Source: Promethearchaeum syntrophicum
GTDB taxonomy: Archaea; Asgardarchaeota; Lokiarchaeia; Sigyniarchaeales; Promethearchaeaceae
Direction: 5' to 3'
NCBI RefSeq assembly: GCF_008000775.2
Contig: NZ_CP042905.2
Coordinates: forward strand, 210,001 to 242,000
Length of the DNA stretch: 32,000 bases
In this document: piece by piece, positions 24,299 to 32,000 of the stretch
Layout: each line of letters opens with the position of its first letter
Position numbering within the stretch: the first letter of the stretch is position 1
Made by a program: the position numbers and the translations under genes
Notes under the pieces: generated by a model
What the model was told of the DNA's origin: nothing
Seen by the model: only the letters and a program-made list of their open reading frames with translations
The model's database searches: none

Positions 24299-25630
24299 AT
24301 GTCGACATTAAAACCTAAAGACAAATTACAATTGAAAAACAAGTATGAAATTATTGAAGTTATTGGTGACGGAGGATTTGGAACAGTTTTTTCTGCCAAA
24401 AATACAAAAAATGGAGAATTAGTAGCAGTAAAACAGTTTAAACGCGAGGCTTTTTCTTCTACAGCAGAATGTCGAATGTATTGGGAACGTGAAGTCAAAT
24501 TAACTGAAGCAGTTACTGGTTATCCCGGAAAGCATATGGGTTTAATTGATTCAAAAGAAGATAAATCTGATCGCAGCAATCCAAAATTCTATATTGTATT
24601 AAATTTCGTAAAAGGTATTACTTTAAAATCATGGTTTAATGATAATTTGCGTTCGGCTAAGCCATTGGGAGTAGATGAAATTATCAAAAAAATATTCCTA
24701 CCTTTATGTGACTACATGGATTTTGCACACAGAAGAGGTGGGATTCATAGGGATTTTACATTCAATAATATTTTAATTGTAACTGATCAGATGACGCAAG
24801 ACATTTACCCAATTACTATCGATTGGGGAGGAGGAAGAAGTTTCGATCCTTCAACACTTGAAAAAGAAGCCCCTTTAATTGATGAAATGGAGGGCTCTGG
24901 AACAGTTATTATAACACCTGGTTTTTTTGCTCCCGAAATAATTATGCAAAAACCTCCTTTACCACAAACAGACATATATATGTATGGGGCAGTTTTATTT
25001 TATGCGTTAACAAATGGATACACGCGTGTTAAACCTACAATCTCATCTGATTATATTTTACACCCACAAGATTACAATATGAATGTTAGTGATACATTAA
25101 ATGATGTTGTTGAGAAATGTACGGAATATGAACCGAAAGACAGATTTCGAACATTTGCCGACATTAAAACTTCATTAGAACAGCATCTCTCAGGAGAAAT
25201 CGGAGGATTAGATAGATTACCCTCTATTGAAACGGGAAACTCTTTTATTCTAAGAATTGCAAATAATAATGCAATAATTCAATTGAATCCTTTAGAGATA
25301 GCTTTAGAAGATGGCAAAAATCTTCGAATTGGTCGTGAGTTAATGATTGAATCTGCAGCTTGGAAAGAAAGCTATAAAGGAGTATTTAGAGGAATCACTC
25401 GATGTAAAATTAATGATGAAGATCGCCCACGCGAACAATTTTTTATAGGATATAGTAAGAAACAGAATATTTTTTATATTCATGAGGGGCGAAATTCAAA
25501 TCCAACATCATTAAACGGAGAAAGATTGCCTCCAAATCAATGGGTTCCTCTTCAAGCAAACGCCCAAGTATCAGTTTCAAGTACAACGGTAAGAGGATCG
25601 TTTGAATTAATCTCTGTATTAGATTTATAG
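24299..25630 (+). CDS. Hanks-type Ser/Thr protein kinase fused to a C-terminal FHA-like domain
   Basis: The Gly-loop is IGDGGFGTVF, the catalytic Lys is in VAVKQF and the catalytic loop is IHRDFTFNNILI. DWGG stands at the DFG position, and FFAPEII, DIYMYGAVLFYAL and KDRFRTF follow. The C-terminus has LRIGRELM...REQFFIGY...NPTSLNGERL. A strong RBS (aaggag) lies upstream. Confidence 0.85.
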   Translation: MSTLKPKDKLQLKNKYEIIEVIGDGGFGTVFSAKNTKNGELVAVKQFKREAFSSTAECRMYWEREVKLTEAVTGYPGKHMGLIDSKEDKSDRSNPKFYIVLNFVKGITLKSWFNDNLRSAKPLGVDEIIKKIFLPLCDYMDFAHRRGGIHRDFTFNNILIVTDQMTQDIYPITIDWGGGRSFDPSTLEKEAPLIDEMEGSGTVIITPGFFAPEIIMQKPPLPQTDIYMYGAVLFYALTNGYTRVKPTISSDYILHPQDYNMNVSDTLNDVVEKCTEYEPKDRFRTFADIKTSLEQHLSGEIGGLDRLPSIETGNSFILRIANNNAIIQLNPLEIALEDGKNLRIGRELMIESAAWKESYKGVFRGITRCKINDEDRPREQFFIGYSKKQNIFYIHEGRNSNPTSLNGERLPPNQWVPLQANAQVSVSSTTVRGSFELISVLDL

Positions 25631-25639
25631 ATAATATGT

Positions 25640-26488
25640 TTGGTAATGAAAATGAAAAAAAATCAATTGGATTATGGAATTATTTGTGATGTTGGTGGAA
25701 AAAGAAAAGGTAATCAAGATAGTTTGTTTTTCTCAGAATTTGATTTAATTATTGCACCAGGATCTCCTGATTCAAAACAATTCTCATATAAATCAATATT
25801 AGCAATTATCTGTGATGGGGTATCGAGTAGTTTAAAGGGAGAGAAAGGGAGTAATTTTGTAATTCGACATTTAGCAGCTAAAATTATTGGCGATCTTTAT
25901 ATTCATAATTTTTCCATCAGTGAAGAATTAAATAAAATCCAAGAATTCATAAATCAAACGAATTTTGAATTAATAAACGAATTCAAAGATCTGAAAAACA
26001 CACCCCAAACAACTCTAGCAGGATTTCTAGTTATTGGTCAATGGTTATGGTTGTTTAATTTAGGTGATAGTCGAATTTTTATTGTGAAAGATGGAGAAAT
26101 TAATCAAATATCCGTTGATCATATTGGTACGAGCGCGTCACATGAAATAACTCAATCAATGGGACTTAGTGAAATCAAACCTGAGTTAAAAATCTTTAAT
26201 TGGGCTTACCAAACAAAAAATGATGAAAAAAAGATTTCCTACACAGAAAAATACTATATTCTTGCTTGTTCAGACGGTTTAACCGATAGAGTCACGAACA
26301 GCGAGATTAATGAAATACTTAATGACCAGTCAAAAAATGAAGGAATCCAAGAAAAGGTAGAGATTCTTTATAATTTATCAATGACACGTGGTAATGATGA
26401 TAATATTTCAATCATTGCTGTTGATCTATCTAAGTATTTCGACTCAATTTCTATAATACAAAAAATTAAACTTCAATACGAGGGATAA
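25640..26488 (+). CDS. PP2C (PPM) family Ser/Thr phosphatase
   Basis: The PPM motifs are GKRKGNQDS, ICDGVSSS, NLGDSRIF, CSDGLTD and DDNISIIAV. Start candidates are TTG 25640 or ATG 25646/25652. Confidence 0.85.
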   Translation: MVMKMKKNQLDYGIICDVGGKRKGNQDSLFFSEFDLIIAPGSPDSKQFSYKSILAIICDGVSSSLKGEKGSNFVIRHLAAKIIGDLYIHNFSISEELNKIQEFINQTNFELINEFKDLKNTPQTTLAGFLVIGQWLWLFNLGDSRIFIVKDGEINQISVDHIGTSASHEITQSMGLSEIKPELKIFNWAYQTKNDEKKISYTEKYYILACSDGLTDRVTNSEINEILNDQSKNEGIQEKVEILYNLSMTRGNDDNISIIAVDLSKYFDSISIIQKIKLQYEG

Positions 26489-26491
26489 ATA

Positions 26492-27613
26492 TTGATATCA
26501 GAACATAATGAGGAACCAATGTTGGAATTCTTTGATTTAGGAGATTCAACTCAATTTAAAAAAATCGATCTTGAAATAGTTCAAGAAATTGAAGAGAATT
26601 CCCGTTCTATTAGCCCGATTATTTTTGAAATATTTGAAAAATTAATGAAACAATGTTTAAAAGGATACAATTTTACAGATGAGCAAATTTCCTTTGTTGA
26701 ATATTTGGAATTTTATCAAGAGGTAAATAGATTAATACCAGAACTAAAAAAAAAGATAATTACTGAAGATTGTTACAGTAGCGTTTTTTATATTGGGGAT
26801 ACTCATGGAGCCATTCAGGAAAGTTTTAAGATTGTAGATTTTTTCTATAAATTATTTCAAACTAATAAGCAGATAAAAATAATCTTTGTAGGAGACTATG
26901 TAGATCGTAATCCTTACGATCTTGAAAATCTGACCCTGATCACGTCATTTCATCTTTTATTTCCAAAAAATGTCTTTCTTATTAGAGGAAATCATGAAGA
27001 TCGTTTAATTAATACTCATTATGGCTTCATAGATAATTTATTAAGAGCTTTTAGAGAAAAAGGGGAAGAATTATATGAAGAAATAATCAAATATTTTACT
27101 CATCTTCCTCTTGTTCATATTGCTCAGATGCATTCAGGAGATAAATTAGCACGAGTTATGGCAGTTCATGGCGGGATTCCAATAGATCCGTTAAATTTCC
27201 TTGAACCCGCAATTTTGGAAGACATCGAGCCTAAATTGAAATGTGAGGTAGATAAGAGTGATAAAATGGATGTTTATTCAGTAAGTATGCTTTGGTCAGA
27301 TCCTGATGATATGATTCAAGGCATATTAACTGGAGCCCATTTACATGGTAGAATGAGATTTGGATTTCCAGTATTTAAGAGTTTCATTCATGCGAATAAT
27401 ATTCAGTTAGTCGTTCGAGGTCATCAAAAATGGAATAATGGGCATCATATATTCTTTGGGGGGCAATTATATAGTCTATTTTCTACACAAACTTATGACG
27501 GTAAAATAAAATTTGAACCGAAAATACTCAGACTAGATTTCGGTCAAACTCCAAAAATTATTCCAATTGATTTTGAATCCTTAGAAAAAGAATTAATATC
27601 AAATACAAATTAA
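26492..27613 (+). CDS. PPP-family (PP1/PP2A-like) Ser/Thr phosphatase, paralogue 1
   Basis: The PPP motifs are GDTHG, GDYVDRN, RGNHE, VHGGIP, LWSDPDD and VRGHQ. An extension of about 100 aa precedes the catalytic core. The start is TTG 26492 or ATG 26519. Confidence 0.85.
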   Translation: MISEHNEEPMLEFFDLGDSTQFKKIDLEIVQEIEENSRSISPIIFEIFEKLMKQCLKGYNFTDEQISFVEYLEFYQEVNRLIPELKKKIITEDCYSSVFYIGDTHGAIQESFKIVDFFYKLFQTNKQIKIIFVGDYVDRNPYDLENLTLITSFHLLFPKNVFLIRGNHEDRLINTHYGFIDNLLRAFREKGEELYEEIIKYFTHLPLVHIAQMHSGDKLARVMAVHGGIPIDPLNFLEPAILEDIEPKLKCEVDKSDKMDVYSVSMLWSDPDDMIQGILTGAHLHGRMRFGFPVFKSFIHANNIQLVVRGHQKWNNGHHIFFGGQLYSLFSTQTYDGKIKFEPKILRLDFGQTPKIIPIDFESLEKELISNTN

Positions 27614-27622
27614 AAAATATGG

Positions 27623-28837
27623 GTGAATACAATAGTTCCAAATGAATTTGAAGAAGAAAACGAATTTAATGAAAAAACTAGGATAATTGGAGAGCAATCA
27701 TATCAAACACTAAAACCTACTCTTAGTAAAATTATTGAAACACAAACGCAAATGATTTTTGATGGAAAAACTCAGCGATTAGGAGAAACAAAGGAATCTA
27801 CAATCATAGATGAGTTTTGGTCATATTACTCACAATTTTCTTCTGAAAATTTACCATCAGAAGAAATGTATTATGGGAATGAATTTGCAGAATTAAAAAT
27901 AACAATTCTGATACGGATGTTTCAAGATTTCTATTTAGAACGTATTTATCCAATAAGTTTTCCTGTTCCCATCATTCATACATCCTATAGATCATCTAAA
28001 AATAAGAGTAAAAATCCTGCAAAAATGTTCTTTGTAGGTGATACTCATGGATCTTTTTTTGATACAATAAAATTAATTCCATTTTTTGTTAAAGAGATCC
28101 ACAAAGGCGAAGAAAAAGGATATGAAGTAAAAATAGTTTTTATTGGTGATTTTGTAGATCGGGGAAAATTAGATATTCATAATCTTCTTTATATATTAAC
28201 TTTCAACTTAAAATATCAAAAAAATGTGCTTTTACTCCGAGGCAATCATGAGGAGATATCAATAAACGCACATTACGGTTTTGGCACTAGAGTGATGAAA
28301 CATTTTTCACAGCTTCTTTTTGCTTCTTTTAATCATATGTTCAAGGATTTACCATTAATAGCAATTTTCCATTGTAATGAAGGAGGTATTATGTGTTTAC
28401 ATGGAGGAATACCAATAGTTCCTAATATATCTACAGGAGGCTATGAAGTACCCCAATTGAATACATTCCAATTTAATAATCGTCAAGTTTGGATTGATGA
28501 AATGGATGAGGTAACTCAACAGATTTTATGGAATGATCCAATTAGAAATTATGATCCTAATTCTCCGCAAAAATATTTTAAAAGTCGAAGAGGTATAGGA
28601 TTTGTATTTAATCATGAAATTTTTAATGAATTTTGTGTTAAAAATCATGTAAATCTATTATTTAGAGGTCATCAAGTATTTTTAGAAGGTTTTCATAAGC
28701 ATTTTGATAATCGATTTATAACTATTTTTTCAGCGACAAATTACGTAAAAAAGAAAATTGATGCAAGATTTATAGAGTTAGATTCGGGAGATATTTACAA
28801 TTTTAAAGTTCACAGAATTCAAAATTTATCCTCCTAA
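27623..28837 (+). CDS. PPP-family (PP1/PP2A-like) Ser/Thr phosphatase, paralogue 2
   Basis: The PPP motifs are GDTHG, GDFVDRG, RGNHE, LHGGIP, LWNDPIRN and FRGHQ. An N-terminal extension of about 135 aa precedes the core. The start is GTG. Confidence 0.85.
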   Translation: MNTIVPNEFEEENEFNEKTRIIGEQSYQTLKPTLSKIIETQTQMIFDGKTQRLGETKESTIIDEFWSYYSQFSSENLPSEEMYYGNEFAELKITILIRMFQDFYLERIYPISFPVPIIHTSYRSSKNKSKNPAKMFFVGDTHGSFFDTIKLIPFFVKEIHKGEEKGYEVKIVFIGDFVDRGKLDIHNLLYILTFNLKYQKNVLLLRGNHEEISINAHYGFGTRVMKHFSQLLFASFNHMFKDLPLIAIFHCNEGGIMCLHGGIPIVPNISTGGYEVPQLNTFQFNNRQVWIDEMDEVTQQILWNDPIRNYDPNSPQKYFKSRRGIGFVFNHEIFNEFCVKNHVNLLFRGHQVFLEGFHKHFDNRFITIFSATNYVKKKIDARFIELDSGDIYNFKVHRIQNLSS

Positions 28838-28858
28838 ACTAAAACGTAAGGAATTGAT

Positions 28859-30484
28859 ATGAGCTATAGTTATGAAATAAAGGATTTTGATGCGGGTGGT
28901 CGAATTGGGAATTTTAAATTGGGATCAAAGAAATTAGATACACCCAATCTATTTCCCGTAGTAAATCCTTTTCAAAATTTAATTTCTCCAAAGGAATTTT
29001 ATAATCATTTCAAAATTCAAGCAATTTTTACTAATGCATATATTATTTACAAAAATCGAGAAAATAACCCCAATATTATTAAAAAAGGATTACATGAACA
29101 TTTGGGGTTTCCAGGAATAATCGCAACAGATTCTGGTGGATTTCAAGATTACATGTATGCGGGGGATATAAAACTTGCTCCTGAAGAAATTGAACCTTTT
29201 CAAGAAAAAATAGGTTCAGATTGCCCAGTTATATTGGATATTCCTGTTCAGACAACAGATCCATATGAAGAAGCAAAAAGAAAAGTAGATATTACAATTC
29301 GACGTGCAAAAGATAATATTTTACGACGTCAAAGAACTGACACTGCATGGTTTGCTCCAATTCATGGATCTATATATCCAGATTTATTGAAAGTTAGTTC
29401 TCAAGAAATGTCAAAATTAGATTATGGAATCTATGCTATTGGTGGAGTTGTTAAGACCTTCATAGATTATAGGTTTGATCTTGATATAGAAATTTTATTA
29501 AATGTTAGGAAATGGATAGATCCAAGTAAACCGCTCCATATGTTTGGACTTGGTCTCCCCAATTTCTTTTCTCTTGCTGTAGCCTGTGGTGCAGATACTT
29601 TTGATTCTGCAGCCTACATACTGTATGCAAAAGATGATCGATATTTCACGTTTACAGGAACTAAAAATATTAAAGATTTAAGTGAATTACCTTGCCATTG
29701 TCCAATTTGCATTAAATATTCTGCCTCTGAAATTCAAAAACTCCCAAAGGATAAACGAACTGAAGTGATTGCACGCCATAATCTTTATCATTCTTTCTCT
29801 GAAATTCGAACAATTAAGCAAGCAATTCGCGAGGGAACCTTATGGGATTTAGTTGAACAAAGAGTTCATGTACATCCCAAATACATTAAAGCTTTAAGAA
29901 AATCAATTGAGTTTCCAGATCATTTTAATCAATTATTAAATATGAATAAAATCAAAGGTCAGAAATTATTGAGCCCTTTTTCATTTTATCGCCCACATTT
30001 ACAGTATTTTCGAAAGAAAATTGAAAATTTTAAAATTTTTCCTTCTAAGAAGATTTTATTATGTGTTCCTGAACTAGATCTTCCAAGTGATAAGGGAATA
30101 TCTTTTGAGGGTTGGAAGAAAGAAATCAAATTAAATCCATATTATGAAGAAATTCAAGTAGTAATAATTAGCAATTCATTAAGTATTATTCCAATTGAAT
30201 TAGCCGAAATTTATCCTGCAGGTCAACATGAAGGATTTGTTAACATTGAACATAAAAAAAAAGAAATATCCATATTATTGAGCACCTTTAAAAAATTTCT
30301 ATCTGAGAATAAAAGTCAATTTAAATTTATAAAAATCTTAATTCCAATTACTTTTGTTAATGAATATCAAGTTCAAGAACAATTCCAACCAAAGAACCAT
30401 TTAATTTATTATATTAAAAATTTGATATCTGAAAATTTTCCAGAGATAAAAACCAGTGTTATTCAAACTATAGAGGAACTCTAA
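28859..30484 (+). CDS. tgtA: Archaeosine tRNA-guanine(15) transglycosylase
   Basis: It has the TGT catalytic motif IATDSGGFQ, the zinc site CHCPICIKY...ARHNLYH (CxCxxC...H), and archaeal-type C-terminal domains with IPIELAEIYPAGQHE. The length is 541 aa. Confidence 0.85.
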   Translation: MSYSYEIKDFDAGGRIGNFKLGSKKLDTPNLFPVVNPFQNLISPKEFYNHFKIQAIFTNAYIIYKNRENNPNIIKKGLHEHLGFPGIIATDSGGFQDYMYAGDIKLAPEEIEPFQEKIGSDCPVILDIPVQTTDPYEEAKRKVDITIRRAKDNILRRQRTDTAWFAPIHGSIYPDLLKVSSQEMSKLDYGIYAIGGVVKTFIDYRFDLDIEILLNVRKWIDPSKPLHMFGLGLPNFFSLAVACGADTFDSAAYILYAKDDRYFTFTGTKNIKDLSELPCHCPICIKYSASEIQKLPKDKRTEVIARHNLYHSFSEIRTIKQAIREGTLWDLVEQRVHVHPKYIKALRKSIEFPDHFNQLLNMNKIKGQKLLSPFSFYRPHLQYFRKKIENFKIFPSKKILLCVPELDLPSDKGISFEGWKKEIKLNPYYEEIQVVIISNSLSIIPIELAEIYPAGQHEGFVNIEHKKKEISILLSTFKKFLSENKSQFKFIKILIPITFVNEYQVQEQFQPKNHLIYYIKNLISENFPEIKTSVIQTIEEL

Positions 30485-30940
30485 ATGAATTCTACAAAAA
30501 AAGTAGAACGTATTTTACTTGATGAATTGATTGCGCGTGGACATCCAAATATTCTGGGAACCCACAGGACAACTATTGAAATAACCACAGAAGATTTTCT
30601 AACAACTAATGGAAATTGCATAATAGGTATTATGAGCTCTAAAAGTGTGAAAGATTATAATCCAAAATTAAAAGAAGCTATTCAAAATGGAAAAAAAATC
30701 GAGATTGAAATGGTTGCAGGTCCATTTAAGGAGATAATTGTTGGAGTGGGGCATAATGAATTGCCTTTATCAAATGAGATTTCAATGGTCTTTCGTTTAA
30801 GTGAATTTATTTCTGATAGAACAGCTCTAATTAATTGTTCGAAATCCTCAATAGAACTTGATAGAAATTTTATAAATTATTTAAAAAATCCATCAAATAA
30901 AATTATTGTTCAGTTTTTTCTTTTAGATGAAAACAAGTGA
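30485..30940 (+). CDS. DUF371-like small archaeal protein
   Basis: ARGHPNILGTHRTTIEITTEDFLTTNGNCIIGI matches my recollection of the DUF371 signature (GH.N..a.H.TT.E.T....lt..GdCIiG). Its ATG directly abuts the tgtA stop (taaATG). Confidence 0.55.
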   Translation: MNSTKKVERILLDELIARGHPNILGTHRTTIEITTEDFLTTNGNCIIGIMSSKSVKDYNPKLKEAIQNGKKIEIEMVAGPFKEIIVGVGHNELPLSNEISMVFRLSEFISDRTALINCSKSSIELDRNFINYLKNPSNKIIVQFFLLDENK

Positions 30941-30947
30941 ATGCATT

Positions 30948-32000
30948 ATGAGTGAAATAAAAAAATGGATCCTTGAGATAGATCTCATTAATGGAAATTC
31001 TATAATAAAGAAACTTCAATCTATAAACGCGATTGATACGAATTTCAAGATTCACTCACAAAACAATTCTATTTTCATTCCTTTAAAGCATGAAATTGAT
31101 AATTTATCAGTACTACTTAATGGGTATGAATTTAAAATTTTTCCAGCTCAGAAAAATAGCAAGAACTTAATAGATCGTAAAAAAACTCATAGTAAATCTC
31201 TCAAAGAAACTCTTAAAGAAATTATCCCTTCTGAATTTCATAATTTGTTACCAAGAGCATTTGATATCATTGGAGATATTGCAATTATTGAATTAAATCG
31301 AGATGAACAAAAGCCTTTAAGACCTTTTATCAATAGTATTGGACAAATTCTGCTTGAAAATCATTCAAATATTAAATCTGTTTATGAAAAAGCCAGTGAT
31401 ATAGAAGGATTATATCGCACAAGAAAATTTGATCTGATTGCAGGATTAAATAAAACTGAAACTATTCATAGGGAAAATTTAGGCAAATTTCATGTAGATA
31501 TTGAACAAACTTTTTTTTCACCAAGATTAGCATATGAAAGACAACGTATCGCTAAACTTAAGACCGAATTCAATTTAAACGGAAAAATTTGGGACGTTTT
31601 TTGTGGTGTAGGCCCATTTATTATCCAAATTTCAAAAAAAAATCCTAAAGCTCACTCTATTGGAACAGATATTAATTGCAGAGCAATTGAATTGGCAAAA
31701 AAAAATATTGAGTTAAATAAAATTGTTGGAAATATCGAGTTTTATTGCCAAGATGTAAAAGAAATTTCGATTTCGCAAGTCTTTTCAAAATTTCAAAATT
31801 CTATCTCCAGATTTATTATGAATCTACCCGAAAAATCCATTCAATTTTTAAAAAATCTCCCCCAGTTTATTCAAAAAAATGGTGCTTTGTTACATTTATA
31901 TCAATTTAATAAAAAAATTAATCCGATTCAAGAAGCTAAAGATATTTTTGAAAAAGAATTGAAAAATACAAGAATTAAATTAAAAGAATATAAATTCTCA
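30948..32000 (+). CDS. trm5: Trm5/Taw22-type tRNA (guanine37-N1)-methyltransferase, 3' end beyond the window
   Basis: I translated this myself; it is not in the ORF track because it has no stop. The product MSEIKKWILEID...AFDIIGDIAIIEL...FFSPRLAYERQRI...WDVFCGVGPFIIQ...FIMNLPEKS carries the FSPRL..ER, SAM-binding D.F.GVGPF and NLP motifs of Trm5. The frame is open for 351 codons to the window edge. Confidence 0.8.
   Translation, partial: MSEIKKWILEIDLINGNSIIKKLQSINAIDTNFKIHSQNNSIFIPLKHEIDNLSVLLNGYEFKIFPAQKNSKNLIDRKKTHSKSLKETLKEIIPSEFHNLLPRAFDIIGDIAIIELNRDEQKPLRPFINSIGQILLENHSNIKSVYEKASDIEGLYRTRKFDLIAGLNKTETIHRENLGKFHVDIEQTFFSPRLAYERQRIAKLKTEFNLNGKIWDVFCGVGPFIIQISKKNPKAHSIGTDINCRAIELAKKNIELNKIVGNIEFYCQDVKEISISQVFSKFQNSISRFIMNLPEKSIQFLKNLPQFIQKNGALLHLYQFNKKINPIQEAKDIFEKELKNTRIKLKEYKFS

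Noticed and set aside
7106-24498. Remaining short overlapping ORFs in the track: 7106-7321(-), 7700-7954(-), 8467-8649(+), 10113-10319(-), 11156-11344(-), 12689-12889(-), 12819-13052(-), 14064-14252(-), 14736-14966(+), 17894-18076(-), 20492-20692(-), 20833-21027(-), 24235-24498(-)
   Set aside because: All are 60-90 codons and embedded in or antisense to longer CDSs with family motifs. None has an independent signal.
1-32000. CRISPR arrays, rRNA genes, transposases, toxin-antitoxin pairs, restriction-modification or known defence genes
   Set aside because: I looked for regularly spaced direct repeats, GC-rich structured RNA islands other than the tRNA, and the corresponding protein motifs in all listed ORFs. 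None was found.

Overview
This is a strongly AT-rich, tightly packed window with about 30 protein genes and one tRNA. All but one gene lie on the + strand. The gene vocabulary looks archaeal: archaeosine tRNA-guanine transglycosylase, a Trm5-type tRNA methyltransferase, a Fap7/AK6-type P-loop kinase, DUF371, a GC-rich tRNA-Ile(GAU), and oligo-T tracts after genes. It also carries many eukaryote-like signalling parts: a Hanks kinase, PP1/PP2A-like PPP phosphatases, PP2C, FHA, vWA and a small Ras-superfamily GTPase. That combination in an AT-rich archaeal background resembles Asgard (Loki-type) genomes, but this placement is inference only. Left to right, the window contains: (1) purine salvage genes (hpt, adenine deaminase) with a beta-carbonic anhydrase; (2) an ABC importer (membrane-anchored binding protein, fused double permease, two non-identical ATPases) plus a DUF47/PhoU-like protein; (3) tRNA-Ile; (4) a cysteine-free sulfite-oxidase-fold protein bracketed by two diverged direct repeats of roughly 230 bp, the second beginning with a decayed copy of the tRNA 3' end; (5) an MglA-like small GTPase, a TraB-family protein, a hypothetical protein and a C69 Ntn-peptidase; (6) a helical repeat protein with a 54-residue period, the only minus-strand gene; (7) a polytopic membrane protein, a Fap7-like kinase and a gamma-CA-like LbH protein. 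The most interesting part is a nine-gene co-directional cassette at 18.5-28.8 kb. Its order is vWA, Zn-ribbon/Pro-rich/FHA, three multi-Zn-ribbon proteins (two with degenerate FHA-like C-termini), a Hanks kinase fused to FHA, PP2C, and two PPP phosphatases. The window ends with tgtA, DUF371 and trm5, which runs off the edge. I saw no CRISPR array, rRNA, integrase or transposase. All calls rest on motif reading by eye; no database search was possible.
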